Assembly: GCF_009834535.1 (NCBI RefSeq)
Contig: NC_045696.1
Coordinates: 106,270,001-106,334,000, forward strand
Reading direction: 5' to 3'
Source: Camelus ferus
Taxonomy: Eukaryota
DNA length: 64,000 bases
Shown here: positions 50,901-64,000 of the stretch, piece by piece
How positions within the stretch are numbered: the stretch's first letter is position 1
How the letters are laid out: every line of letters begins with the position of its first letter
Translations under genes and position numbers: made by a program
The notes under the pieces: model-generated
What the model was told of the DNA's origin: nothing
What the model saw: the letters and a program-made list of their open reading frames with translations, nothing else
Databases searched by the model: none

Positions 50901-51661
50901 AGTAAATTGCCATGTTCAGTAAATAATACACAATTTGCTCTTTCTGCTATGGCTCACCAAGACAGAACATGAATTAATTTACTGATGTTCCTAAAAGCCT
51001 TGCATATAATTTATTAGATTATACATATTTTTGAGTGGTAAGCTCCAGCCTTTTGGTTTGTGGAGGAAGCCAAATCAGAGCTTACCACTATACCTTACTC
51101 CCTGCTTAGAACTATTCTCAGACAGAACATGAGCTCAGTGTCAGACTAGGCTGTAGTAACATAAGGTGCTATACCAGTGATACATATTTTGGAGCTGGAA
51201 AATTCAGATGACCACTCACTAAACATAAAATCATTATTCCACAAAGATTTTATTCACATCAATCTTGCACAGTAGCAAAAAAAAAATCAAAACATAACTA
51301 AGCCACATATCAAAGAACAATATACAATAGAGATTTGAATTTCTCAATGGCATTGGAAAGTATTTCCATAAATAACATTTACAATTCTAGTGTTAGGTCT
51401 TTCAAGGTGTCTGAAGCTTCACAGTGCTAGAATTGATTTTTATCAGAACACATGCAAAAAATGTGCAACATAATAATCCATATTAATGACACAAAAAAGC
51501 ACGCCAGTTATTTGTCATTCCAGCACGGCCATGCCACTCTATGTTCTAAAAACAAACAAACGACCCCCAAATCCGGGTCCCATTCATTCTTCAATTATGC
51601 CTTTAGTCACTCTGTTTTATTATAGTCAAACAGTCACTGTTAGTGCTCTTCACCACGACTT

Positions 51662-51727
51662 TCAGGTTGATGTCACTCCCTGCCTGCTGGCTGTCAGGAC
51701 TGGGGGACGCCCCTCTCCCAGACTCAC
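51662..51727 (-). CDS. ARMC8: ARMC8-beta-specific C-terminal tail (read-through of the exon ~12 donor)
   Basis: In-frame continuation [21 protein letters not shown], with TGA at 51662-51664; matches the recalled human short-isoform tail. Minus-strand AATAAA at 51616-51621 and 51249-51254. Confidence 0.85.
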   Translation of the reverse strand: MSLGEGRPPVLTASRQGVTST

Positions 51728-51823
51728 CTTCTTCCGGATGTCTTCATCGTTTGCTCCGAGAGAGGCATAGAGCTTGAATGCAGCCTGGCGAAGTTCGTGA
51801 GCATGCTTTAAGTCATGATCAAG
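51728..51823 (-). CDS. ARMC8: ARMC8 exon ~12
   Basis: 96 nt; [32 protein letters not shown]; donor gtgagt. Confidence 0.97.
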
Positions 51824-54515
51824 CTATGGGAGGGGAAAAAAAGGTAAGTTCCAACTCATCCCATGATTAAATTTTCAAAAAAACTAATCGAGTAGAGTTG
51901 CTGTGTGTTTGTGTCAATGTGTTCTTGAATTCCTGCAGTCTGCTTCTGTCTAAAAGTGAACACCACAACATCTGACACCGGTATATGAAAAACTTTTGCG
52001 AACCTTTGAGCCCTAAAAATTCAGTGTTTCGAGATGGTAGCTTTAGCGGCACCGATGCTTGCTTGTCCCAGCTCTCTGAAATGGTCTCCCCCAAATCAAG
52101 GCACACTCGGGCCTTTCGAGCCCTAGGATATAGCTGATAACTAGAGTGCTACTGCAACAATATTTAGAAAGTTTTCCAAACATTAAGGTTAGTGCTAGCC
52201 GAATTTCAGCATTTAAAAAGCTTTTAGAAACAGGGAAATTTTTGTGAAAATCCTTAATAAACAAGAGATAATGGTAATCATTATTATCTATTATGGCTAT
52301 CGAAGAATTATGTTCAGAGGGGGCTTTTTTTGGGATAAATTCATTAAAATTACTTACTGGTAAACAATTAATGCTATCTTTCCATAGCATTAACTGGCTT
52401 TCTCAGTTAACAACTCTTCCATATACCTAATTTATCACCAAACTACCATAAAAATAAAAGAGAAGCATGTTCCCAGGATACTTCTAGTGACTAAATACAA
52501 ACCAGTAAATACACAAGGCATATCAGTAAAGTAAATAATTTTATAACTAAGAGATACAACTTACTCATCTAAATGATGACAACTTTTTCCAAATGAGTTG
52601 CCTTGGAAAGGTTTACCCTTATGCAAAGACATAGGTGTTGTTCAGAATACTATGACACCCTCTTTTGAGAATTCCTAAAGAGTTGAGTGGCATACTAGCA
52701 AGAAAACCCTGCCAATTATATATCTTCATCAACTAAGAGAGTTTTTAAGTTAAATGTCACTGGTGTGTGAAGATGGGGAAATCCAGCTGGGTAACATCAT
52801 TTAGAGTAACAACAACAAAAATACCACAGTAAAAACACTGAAACTCAATTGGGGTGGTTCTGAAGGCAGTTCTTAAGAGAAGCTTCAAAAATACTGTGGT
52901 CAAAGCAGCACTGATGGATAATGGGAGGAAACTCCCAATACACAACACTCGTTTTCACGTGTAAGTTCTAAAGTATCTCTTCTTATGTCTTAACTACTTT
53001 CTAGTCACATCATATATTAGAATATTGACTTGGACTAATATATCATGAAAATCACACATTTATTAACATGTAAAAATTCCTCTCTTATGGGTCTAGTATC
53101 TATACCTGTGGGAAACCACTGGATAATCCATCATCAAAAACAAAGATGACAAAACAAACTAATATTCAAATCCAGGAGATAATTTTTAAAAATTATCATT
53201 CCAGTTTTACTGTGGTGGAAAAAAGTGGAAAAACCCTAACGTAAGGGATAATCTATATACTAGTTAAATGATTTGCACATGCATGGGCTAGAAGTTCTTA
53301 TAACCATGTTTCCTCACTCTCATGTCCATCAAAGTGTCCTATTTGCCTTGATGGGACAGTCAACTAAGGATGCTCATGAGGCCACAGTTAGGACTTGCTC
53401 ATTTATCTTTGGACTGTGAGGTACTATGTTAGTGTGAGTGAGTTGCCAGAGGGAAAACAGACAAGGCAGGTGGTTCAATATAACCCACCACTTCTACTGG
53501 AAAAATACTACTACTGAGGGAAGAGCAGGCACAGAACTTTAATACAGAAAGAGCAGTGTACATTAACACAAATATCAATGAAGATTATTTTAGGTCCTGT
53601 CTGAGTCAGAGGAAAGGTATACCCTTAATAGTTTTTTTCATTGTTAAATGCCAAATGAACAGATGCCTACCAGATGAAGTTTTCTAGAACTCGGGTATGG
53701 GACAGGTCAAGACAACAGTTCAAAAAATTTTACCATTGAGAATAGTGGCATCACAAAAATACAGTCACATTTGTGAAACAGAATTGGTTACTAAATAGAA
53801 GGCAATGCTCTCACTACCATGACCTCCTTAAATAAATTTTCTCTAATAGAGTATTTATCTCTCATGATTAGAGAAATGAATATGACAAACAGGTTGAGCA
53901 AAACAAAACCAAAAGGAATATCTATCTGTTCTAAGGAATTTCTATTTTGAGAAAAAGTTAGCACAATTTGGTCCCTGATGGTCTCAAGCTGGAGGTTAAA
54001 TGGTGCTTTAGCTGTCAATAGCAGACACAAAGTGCAGTATGAAACTGCAGAAAGGAAAGAGAAGATGGCAAAAATTAGGGGAAAAGAGATAGCAAAAGAA
54101 AAAGACAGTGGTGGAGAGTAAAATAAGGCCACTCAGTCACTTGGAAGAAAAGATTACTCCTGATCTAAAGAATGAGAACATAGCAACAGAGATGATTCTG
54201 GGACCTTGAATAGGATTAGATGATGTTAATATAATGTCAATAACCAGCTTAGAGACCCCACTATTTTGAGGATAATTGGGAATTAGGGATGCAATTTTCT
54301 TCTTTTCTGATTACCTCCTTACAAAAAAACTTCTGACAATAAACATAAAATAAACTGGATTCATAAACACATAAAGCAACATCACCTATGTTACCAAAAG
54401 TAAAAGATTCCTTTATTTAAAAGGACTTTGAACTGTAATTATCAATTGGTTCAAAGTGGTGAACAGTAAGAAAATCAATCCCTCTTAAGCTGCTAAAAAT
54501 GAAAAGAGAACATAC

Positions 54516-54716
54516 CCTTTTAATATCAGTGATGGCACTCACTGAGCTGGGATACTTGAAATAATCAGCAAGCATGGCAATGAGGTGATCAGTAATGCTC
54601 GCGATTCTCTGCAGCTCAACATCTGGTTCAATCAGATAGGCGAGTGTCTCAGCTCCTTCAACTCTCTCCTCTAGTAATCTCTCTTTACTGCACATTCGAA
54701 CCAAACAAGGCAATGT
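54516..54716 (-). CDS. ARMC8: ARMC8 exon ~11
   Basis: 201 nt; [67 protein letters not shown]. Confidence 0.97.
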
Positions 54717-56032
54717 CTGTAAGGCAATGAAATTAATTATTTGCTTTTTGGTAAAGGCAAAAAGCATGATTGAGATCATATAGTTGAATCAACCCAATGG
54801 TTTTTACTGGGAGTCATGTGTGTGAACAAATGTTTCAATAAAGACTTTCAGAGGACAAAAGGTTTCTTTGAGGAATGCAAAAACAAACAAAATTCAGTGC
54901 ATATTAATCACTTATGCTGGCACACTATAATCATACAATCAAAGCACATTAATACAAACTCTAATTAGGCTTTTTGTAATTTATAAGACTGAAGTTTATT
55001 ATACAACCTTACAAAAGACATTTAAAAATCCCTACTAAATCATTTCTGATGTTTCTGCCCTGTCTATATATTAATTTAATATATTAATAAATATATACTA
55101 ATATTAAAAGACACCCAAAAGTTTAATCAGGAATGACTTTGCCTTAGAAAAAGTATGCTATCTTTTCCTTAATGAGTGATATGGCTAGGATGACTTTTAA
55201 TTTTTGTTTAGAGATTAATACCTACAGTTGCAAAAACAAAATACACCTTTAAAAATTCAGTCATCTTACCATTACTCAGATTCCACCAGTTCTATAATCC
55301 AAGTGAAATGCATCAATCACAGTTCCTAGGTTCTCCAAATAACTCCCTATAATGACTGTGAAATCTACTAATCCAATTTTACTTCTGAGCTCCTTCAAAA
55401 ATCTTGGCACTGATCTTGGTAATTTATCCACATTAGGTTCTCAATAAAAATGTCCCATATATTTATATTTCTAAGGCTGACGAATTCACTTTAAAGGATA
55501 ATGTGGAAATAGAAACTGAAATGTTAGACTTACAGGAAGCCTTCCTCAACTACCAGTCAACTATGGCGTGTTCTTTTCTAAGTTCTTATTATTGCTTTAC
55601 CACAGAGTTTAGCACTTTACTGTTCAGTATTGATTTCCTATCAGGCTGTTTCAGACTTTAAAATACACCCCTAGGCTTCCAAGGAGAAAGCTTTATTCTT
55701 ATTTTCCTTTGAACAGTTACCAACATTTATCAATACCATGAATTCATGGATTATTGAATTTAAAGCTCACAACTACTATATAAAGAAGATACCATTAACC
55801 TAGTTTGGCAATGAGAAAGAAAAGGAGGGGCAGAGCAGTTAAGTAAGGGCACAGAAGCCCTTAGTACTCTGTGCGGTGCTGTTTACTTAGGGCCCTCAGA
55901 TTTCATTAAATGAATTGTCTTGCTTCACCAAAGACTAAAGGAAACATTAATCTTCTTAATGTTCTTTTACCCTTGGGTTCATTTTGAACACTGATAATGA
56001 GAGAGCTCATATTCATAAAATGACACACTATC

Positions 56033-56334
56033 TGAAGTCTGGGAGGGTTATTCCTCCAGCTTTGTTCTTTTTCTTCAGTATTGCTTTGGCAATTCTGGGT
56101 CTTTTGTGATCCCATAGAAATTTTAGGATTATTTGTTCTAGTTCTGTGAAAAATGTCCTGGGTAACTTGATAGGGATTGCATCAAATCTGTAGATAGCTC
56201 TGGGCAGTATGACCACTATAACAATATTAATTCTTTCAATCCAAGAGTATGGGATTTCTCTGCAATTCTTTAAATCATCTTTAATTTCCTTAATCAATGT
56301 TTTGTAGTTCTCCACATGTAAGTCTTTCACCTCC
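56033..56334 (-). mobile_element. Internal L1 ORF2 fragment
   Basis: Translates [39 protein letters not shown]...[13 protein letters not shown], typical of L1 ORF2 downstream of the RT domain; flanked by a 21-bp duplication. Confidence 0.92.
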
Positions 56335-57055
56335 TTCATAAAACGACACACTATCATTTATAGTTGTTCTGTTCTTTATAACTAATGAGATGCTTAATGT
56401 ATTTAATATATTGCTATTCTCACAATACCCTATGGAATTATTGCTTTCCAGTTAACTACAAGTCTGAAGCACCAAAAGGATAAGGGATGTGCCCAAGGCT
56501 ACTAACCCAGTCAGTGGTGGAAGTGCTAAAACCAGAATCCAGTCCTTAAGACTTTTAGGGCTAGTCTTTTATCTGGGTTTTTCTGAATTCCAGTTGCATT
56601 TGACACATCACAATAATGAAGACTGCTTTCATGTGTTATTTACTTATTCTTTCTCATTATGCCTTTTGATTATCTGCCATGAAGGTGATAAAAGTCTTTG
56701 TTAGTGAACCGCTTGCCTACAAAATTGTTGCAAACTTAATGAAAATCAAGGACTAATGTATATTTTCATAACTTGAATTTTACATATTTTTACAATTTTT
56801 ACATCCTCCTAATTACCATAAAAATGAAAAGGTTTGAAAAGGAAAGAATTATTTACTTTGACTTTAAAAACACATTTAAAACCAATTTTTTAAAACTACA
56901 TCATCCCACTGAAAAGCATGCTGTTTTAATATTATTTCATGGTATGCACATATACCACAGTGATAAATGTGTAAAAAGAAACAGGAATATCAATATTTAT
57001 ATTCAACACGTGTATGACTGGGTAATTTCCACATTTTTAGAAAGAATCAGCTCAC

Positions 57056-57116
57056 CTTTAGTACAATACAGTTGTCATCTGTCCGAATTGCTCCAGCTCT
57101 ACACATGTAAGTTAAA
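57056..57116 (-). CDS. ARMC8: ARMC8 exon ~10
   Basis: 61 nt; (C)[20 protein letters not shown]; donor gtgagc. Confidence 0.95.
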
Positions 57117-57744
57117 CTGGAATAAGATGGCAGAGAGTAAGTTTTTGCTTGTGTTTTAAAGCTTTAAACAAAACAAAACAAAACAAAACAACTCTGCTTG
57201 TCTTTAACATTTTATGGGGGAAAAGAAGACAACGCTCACATAAGGGAGGTTTAGCCACTCCCTTATCTGAGGTTCTGTTAATTTAACAGTCAAAGAAAAC
57301 TATCTGATACATGCAGACAGTAAGCCAGATATTTTTTTTAAATACCTACAAAATTGTTTCAAAAATACATGGCTGAATGAATAAGTAAACGTTAAAGCAG
57401 TGAGTAAGTAAATGTGCTGGGCACATTGGAGTTCTTTATAGACTTTTCTCTGTACTTTTTTATGTTTGAAATTTTCCACAATAAAAAGGAAAAAAATTAA
57501 AAATAATATATAAAGTTAACAAAATATCTAAGTTCAAATGAAGTTAAGTTGGAATATTCTAACTCCAATAACAGCAGAAGTATCGCAGAAGAAGGATTTA
57601 ACTTACAACACTTACAGCTATCACTAAGATAAGTATTCAGAGGTTACTAGCAGTGGCTTTCAGAATTAGCCACTGATTTGGTTCTCCTGAAAAGCAATTT
57701 ACTTTCACAATTATATCTAGCTTTGAATAAGAATAAGATTGCTT

Positions 57745-58004
57745 GTGCGGAGAGCCCTTCGTCCTGGGACATGGGGTGTGGCCGGAAAGGCGGCCGCCCC
57801 CTTGCCCGTCACGCACCACATGCTCAGTTTGTGGGGAATCTGGTGCTAAACCATTCCTAGACGACCTGCTTCCAGGTCGGGGTTTCTAACGTAGCAGAGC
57901 AGCTCCCTCGCTGCAATCTATTGAAAGTCAGCCCTCAACACAAGGGTTTGTAAAAGAAGAGAAAAAAGAAAAAAAGATAATAGCAAAAAAAAAGATGGGG
58001 GGGG
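57745..58004 (+). pseudogene. Retroposed 28S rRNA 3'-terminal fragment with A-rich tail and TSD
   Basis: 57745-57951 matches the end of mammalian 28S (GTGCGGAGAGCCCTTCGTCCTGGGA...GAAAGTCAGCCCTCaACACAAGGGTTTGT) with CpG decay, then an A-rich tail. TSD AGAATAA[G/A]ATTGCTT at 57730-57744 and 58005-58019. Confidence 0.92.
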
Positions 58005-58828
58005 AGAATAAAATTGCTTTGTACTCCATAAGCAGGTACTGAACATTAAGCAATTACAAAACTTAAATTAATGAGAATTTCCTTTTTCAAAGATTCCTTC
58101 AGACAAAAAGCAGACAAACAAAAAATACACATAATATTTAAAAAAAAAAAGCAAACAATCATGATGCATGAGTGATTCACTGACAATTCCTCATTCTGGT
58201 CAAAATATTAGAAAGCCACAACTTCTTACATGGTGAAACTAAACCATTCATTTAGCACAGAACCTTACATAACAGGTGCCAAACCTATCTGGAAATGTAG
58301 TGACAATTATAGAATTAATATGTATTGAATGCTTACGTGAGCCAGGAACTGTGCCAATAAGAACATTACATAACTTTCTTATAAACAGTCACGTCTGTAT
58401 AAGCAATCTTTGTTTTTATAAAGATAAGGAAGTCACATTCTCTGAAATCATGACTTGGTTATCAACTTCCACTAATTCTCACTATTTCTATATCTTTATA
58501 TTTTCCTGGCATAATACTTAGCATAATATATGTTGGTTAAATCTGATTTAATTCTGTATTATTTCAACTGAAATACAAAGAGAAGGGAATGTTACGAAGC
58601 AATTTTCTGTAGTCTTAGATGTTACAAGAGAGTCCTTCTGCACAGTACTAGTAGTAAACTGAGTACAAAACTCACATCCATTTAAGAAAAGGTGACATAA
58701 TCCCATGACGTTCAAATTTCAAAATCCCCAACAAGATGGGAATTGAAAGTGAGCTAATTAGGCTGTCCAAAATATTCTACGATATCGATAAAGCACTGTC
58801 TTTGGTCCCACATTGTCTTGACTTTTAC

Positions 58829-58919
58829 CATTTTGCTGATGTGAGCTGCATCTCAATAGGCTTATCCCTCTGTAACATCTTCACAAAAATTTGTGGTAAC
58901 AATTCTCCATCAACCAAAA
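58829..58919 (-). CDS. ARMC8: ARMC8 exon ~9
   Basis: 91 nt; (V)[29 protein letters not shown](C); preceded by a 96-nt intron. Confidence 0.96.
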
Positions 58920-59015
58920 CTAGAAATCAAACAAACAACAAAGATTAAGGAATTCTTTAAATCTACAAAGTTCATAAATTAAATCATGTAGGTGCCACTG
59001 AAAGTTCCAGCCTAC

Positions 59016-59091
59016 CATTTACCAGAGTCATCGATACCTGGGGATTTTCAAAAGCTAAAACTGAGAAGCATTTCAGTGCTTGCATTCGAAC
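59016..59091 (-). CDS. ARMC8: ARMC8 exon ~8
   Basis: 76 nt; [25 protein letters not shown]; donor gtaggc. Confidence 0.96.
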
Positions 59092-61057
59092 CTGTAAAAA
59101 TAAGTGAACAAACAAAGCGTTTATTTTAGTTTTGCAAATAGAAATTTCAATGTCTCAGAATCTAAACTCTTCTGAAAAAATAACTATTTAAATCTGCTTA
59201 AAGTACTAAAGGAAGGACTCAAGGGAATAAAAATAAGACGCGTATGTCTGAAGAGTATAGTAAGTTAAAATTAATTATAAAAAGTTAAAATTAATTTTGA
59301 AGTAACAGAAAAGAAAAAACAGTGAAGTAGCAACTAAAACTGAACTAGATAAATTCCTAATCAAATTTAAAAGAACATTGTAAAAAATACAATGTTGGTG
59401 AGGCAAAGGAAATTTAATAACAATTAATTACCAATTGCCTTTCAAGTGGGACATTTCTTCTTCCCAAATTATAAACCAGAGAACTGAAGAGAAAAAAAAA
59501 AAAAAAAAAAGAGTACTCTCATAGTTGTGAATGGGATGGGGATGGGGGGTGGGGAAAGAAAACAAGAGAGGAAAGAAAGTTACAATAAAAATTTGAAAGG
59601 GACTAATTTAACTTCTGAAATACCTATGAGCTGTGCTACTGTTCCTCAAAACTAGGTGACTGGTCTGGGATGATACCAAAGGCCCAATCTCTTGACCACA
59701 TACAACATATTTTGTAGTTTGCAGGAGCTCCTATGAGAGCTGTTATTTTTCATTCTGTTCAGTTTTCACCAGATGAGCTAACCGTCGCTTCCAAGCCTGA
59801 GTCTATATATGATGTTCCTATGTGGAGCCTGAGATCAGCAGCACAGGTGGCTGAGGTGTGAAGAAGCCCTGTCCCTCACTTGGGCAGTGCTCTGCAGCAC
59901 GAGCACCTGTCAACGGGCGGAACCTGCAATATGTTAATGAGACTGTGACAATGGAGTAAACCTTGGCAAGAGTAATGTTACCAAAACCTTTTCCCTTTCA
60001 CTGTTATTTGTCATTGTAGATAAAGAAGTCTAGTGTGGAAAAGAAAAGAAAGAAATGGAGGAAGAACTGGGGGAATTAATGAAGCTAGAGGATGGAGAAG
60101 AGGGGCAGTAAATTGCCACCCCAGCAACTGTTTCCTGATATGCAAGTGCTGGCTGGTCTCAGCCTCCATGTGGTACAGAGTAGAGGAAGCAGCTCTCAGT
60201 ATACATTTCCTTCCCTTGCTTCTGGCTAGTTTCAAGCTGGTACCATTCCCTATTCCCATCCTTGTGAGATCTTCACCAAGACCTAACTCTGGATGTCTGA
60301 GGTAGGGAAAATATACATATTAGCAGGCCATACCTGCAATAAAGCTAAGGACCAAAAGATCAGTACAAACGGACAGAGGACAAAAATGATTGCTTCTCTG
60401 CTCTACAGGAAATTTCTGGCACACTTAGTTCTAATGTGACACAATAAAGACAATGTCCCAATATTTGCTACAACTGTCCAATTGGACAATAATGAAATGA
60501 CTAAGTTTTAACCTATGTCTGACAGTATATCATGATACTGCTTACCTATATATAAAAGATGGTAAAGAAATTTAATTAACAAGTCTGAAAACCCTTGACT
60601 TTTTAAACTCAAAATACAAAAGAGAACACATTTTAAATGTTGATGTATGTGTGGGTACATGGTATAAGTTTGAGTCACTGTGGCTAAATAAAGGTTTGAA
60701 ATAGGAAATCCAAAGCCTTTCCTGATACAGCAAGCCATTGCTCCTATATACTTCAAGGCACGAAGCTTTGGCACTGACACCTTACCAGAAGAGACTAATG
60801 ATCCAGGTAAAAATCAATAGCAACTTATACCACAACCATATTCTGGGAAAAAAAAAAAATTGAAAGGCCAGGGTTTTTCTTTTTTTTAAAAGAGCATTTC
60901 ATTGATATAACAGTGCCCCATAATACTTACTGACATACTACTCTTGATCACAATGTATCTATCAAAGAAGCAATAAAATATGTGGGCCTCTTTCTAGAGC
61001 AAGACTCTAGAAACCAAAAATAAAGTATAAAAATGGCCATAATTTTTAACATCTTAC

Positions 61058-61138
61058 TTTATAAGATACTGAGGTTAGTAGGTGAGCAATATTCTGAACT
61101 GCACCATGGTTAAATAAAACTGTTTGATGATCTGGACC
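61058..61138 (-). CDS. ARMC8: ARMC8 exon ~7 (gene continues beyond the right edge of the window)
   Basis: 81 nt; [27 protein letters not shown]; acceptor cttacag, donor gtaaga. Confidence 0.96.
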
Positions 61139-63207
61139 CTGTAAGAAAAGAGAATATAATAGTACATTAAGAAGAGTAATGATTCATTCCAATAAAACAT
61201 TTACTTAAATGTAGAAAACCATATTCACTACACTGTAGAATTCTGTTACCCTTCTCTTGTGTAAATCCATCCCCCCAAAGCAGACAGACACTGTTCTTAG
61301 TCCTGCAAAGGGCAGCCACGTCTTACCTCTCATCCCAGTTCTACGGAAGTGCTGCCTCCTTACTTCCTCAAAACAATAAGGGGGCACAGAAGCGTTCCCA
61401 GCATAGGCCCTTTGCAATTCTTAAAGAAGCACACCATCACAGCAACAGAGGCACTCCGAACTCTGCATTTAACGTGCACACCCTTACCCAATGCCCACAG
61501 GAGACAGTACAGTCATTCCTACAACTTAAGACTCATGACCTAGTCAGGGGACCCCAACAACCAATTAACTGCTAGAGGAACTAGACCAGAACCTAAACTG
61601 TCTGAACATATCCGGGAGGTTTGAGTAGTGAGAAACACAACACTCTATAACTGAGAGATAAACATGTTTTAGTTCTCCATCTCTCTCATTTCTCTTCTTA
61701 AAATTATCACTTCTTAGAGTAAGAAGGTGAAGTAATAGGAAAATTCAGGTATTTTATTTTTCATCAACTCTTGTTTTCTACTAATCAATTTACTAAAGAT
61801 CTTCAGTGGCACAAGCTAAAGATTAATGCCAGGCTTCAAATTTGCCATTACTTATTCATTTCTTTTATGTCCACTCATCCACTCAAAGTCAATTAAAGCC
61901 AAGGCAAGGATGGTACTTCATGCTTATCATTATCTAGAAGAGAAAAATGTACTGCTGAATGGTAGGCTACCTGTCTGGGTTCACCAGAAGAAATCAGGTC
62001 CTACTCCAGAAAAACAGCTCTCAAACCAGCTTCTCGAACTCACTATTTAGTCAAGTTACAACTATCTTGCAGATACTCATTCCTTCTTAAACCAAAATAT
62101 CCATCGTTTGACGTAGGGATATTAGGATTCATACTTCTGAATGTTAAAACAGCCATATTCTATTTTATAAGTAACAATCCCCTAAACATCTTACACACTA
62201 TTAAAAGGGTTCTTCAAAAAAATTCGGCAATTTCTCTCTTACTTTTCTTTACATTTTAAAAATTTAGCATAGTTGTTTTCAAATTGAAGTCTATAAATTT
62301 TCTAACTTCTAATTTCTTATTTTTAATCACTATATAATATTCCAGTTTACTCAAACCCCAATTACATATTTTAGATAGTTTCTAATATCTCACAATTATA
62401 AACAACATTTTGCTGAACATTATTAACAACATGCATCTGGGCAGATCCTTTGAGTATGAGGACAAATTTCCAGAAAACAATTGCTTGATGTATTTATCAC
62501 TACATATCCGTCCAGTATAGTGCAAACTTGCTTTTATAATGACTGAAAAAACTGACGTTCTCAGGGCACAGGTTTGAACTGTGCTGTCTTCCTACCTCAT
62601 CCTCATCCATGCATCTGCAATTATAATTATAGGTATTACTTACTGGGGTACTTGCTATGTGCTGGATATTGCTCTAAATGCTTTACTTGAATTGTCTCAT
62701 TTGAAACATAGGAGTTTCTGGCTTATTCATTATAAGGATAGTGGTGGAGAATGTAATGGAGGAGCTAAGGAAAAGAAAGGTCTCCTAAGAATCTGACTCA
62801 TTTTTTTCTTACCTATTAATAAGCAGGTAACTAGAATAAATTAGGAAGATGAGCCCCAATTAGCCTTGGCCAAGGTTCTTTTTTTGCCTTTCTTATAAAT
62901 TTTAACATCCTAATTTAAATACTGGTAATGTTTAGCAGAATAGCTGAATAGAGAGGTGGCTGCCTCCACCCCTGTACCTCACTCTTCTTCCACCTCTGTA
63001 TTCAGCCAATCCCTTCTCCTGCCTTGAGGTGACCTAATACTAACAGATTAATTTATATTCTTCAAGACAGTTTATATGTATACAAATACATAAGTATATT
63101 CTTTCCCCCTGTTTTAACACAAATGGTAGAATAATACTATACATATAATACTATATACAAATACTATATACATACTATAGAATACACATTATATATGAGT
63201 ATACATA

Positions 63208-63227
63208 TGTGTGTGTGTGTGTGTGTA
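63208..63227. repeat. (TG)n microsatellite within an old antisense L1 remnant
   Basis: Directly visible. Confidence 0.9.
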
Positions 63228-64000
63228 TGGCTCTAAACCTTTTATTTCCTTTATAATACAACTCAGTGATCATTCATATCAGTACATAAAGAGGTTTCTC
63301 ATTTCTTTTTTGGCCTTAATCCATTGTATGAATGTCCCATGCTTTAACTAGTACCCTACAGTCAGACACTAGATTGTTTTCAGTCTTGGAGCTATGTTTG
63401 TAAGTGATGGTGAAGCACAATGCAATTCTTTGTACATAACAGTTCCCCACCGCTTACAAGATATCGGACTTTTTTCTCCCTCACGTTCTTTGCCCAAAGA
63501 TAGCAGCAAATGTTTGTTACAAAAGAAGCTCTTCTTCCTCTCTGTGGTTGTACATAGGATTGTGTAAAACTAACTGCAAGGAAAAATCTAGTGGCTAAAC
63601 CAACTAAAGAGGAGGAACAACTGTTCCACTCTTAACAAGTCTCCTTTAGTCTCTCCAAATCGACCTGCATGAACCTGGGGTAGTGAAGCAGCGTGCACAG
63701 GGTGGGAAGCATAGAAGCCTTCATGATCTGAAACTCCAAAAGACAGGTCTTAGAAATTCGAGTAACTGCTTAAAAAGTGGCAACAATTTAGACGTTAGAT
63801 TTCCAATTAATATTATTACTAGCCTTTTATTGATCCTTAGTAAATCAGGGAGAGAATTTCAAAAATATAATTATGATTAGCTTATAACACAAATGCTTTA
63901 GTAATCTTTTTCTGTCTCCCCTTCCCAAAGTATGCAAATTTATTTAATATTGATACCAGTATATGCAAGTTTGTAAATGAGTCTTAAAATGCTGTTATTA

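Noticed and set aside
24300..54520. GTAT-starting donors as possible U12 introns
   Set aside because: They read GTATGT or GTATGA, not GTATCCTT; ordinary U2 introns.
57745..57951. Functional rRNA gene
   Set aside because: Only ~207 nt, CpG-decayed, A-tailed and TSD-flanked; a retrocopy.
1..64000. CRISPR arrays, operons or prokaryotic defence systems
   Set aside because: The sequence is mammalian exon-intron DNA with no repeat-spacer periodicity.

Overview
Mammalian genomic DNA, most likely camelid, judged from a Vic-1-like tRNA-derived SINE at 18385-18520. The window holds two convergent genes. On the minus strand are the last 16 coding exons of ARMC8 (CTLH/GID E3 ligase subunit; 61138 down to the stop at 9257-9259; 1494 nt, 497 aa in one frame, all GT-AG introns), a ~2.6 kb 3'UTR, and the intron read-through tail of the short ARMC8-beta isoform (51662-51727). 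On the plus strand are the last three coding exons of NME9 (TXNDC6/Txl-2; 297-451, 1755-1891, 3764-3858). The rest is intron and intergenic sequence with L1, L2, MIR, MER5, MER58, Tigger and mariner-like remnants; repeat boundaries were read by eye and are approximate unless flanked by a stated duplication. I see no wholly new biological system. The best leads are: (1) a candidate MER5-derived distal NME9 terminal exon that would run antisense across only the ARMC8-alpha-specific exons; (2) a candidate 11-nt poison micro-exon plus an intronic poly(A) signal after ARMC8 exon ~13; (3) a retroposed 28S rRNA 3' fragment with a target-site duplication (TSD); (4) an L1 with an apparent 3' transduction; (5) a tailless internal L1 fragment inside a 21-bp duplication; (6) an unexplained 3'UTR-like insert inside an L2. 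Exon numbers follow my recollection of the human gene and are approximate.
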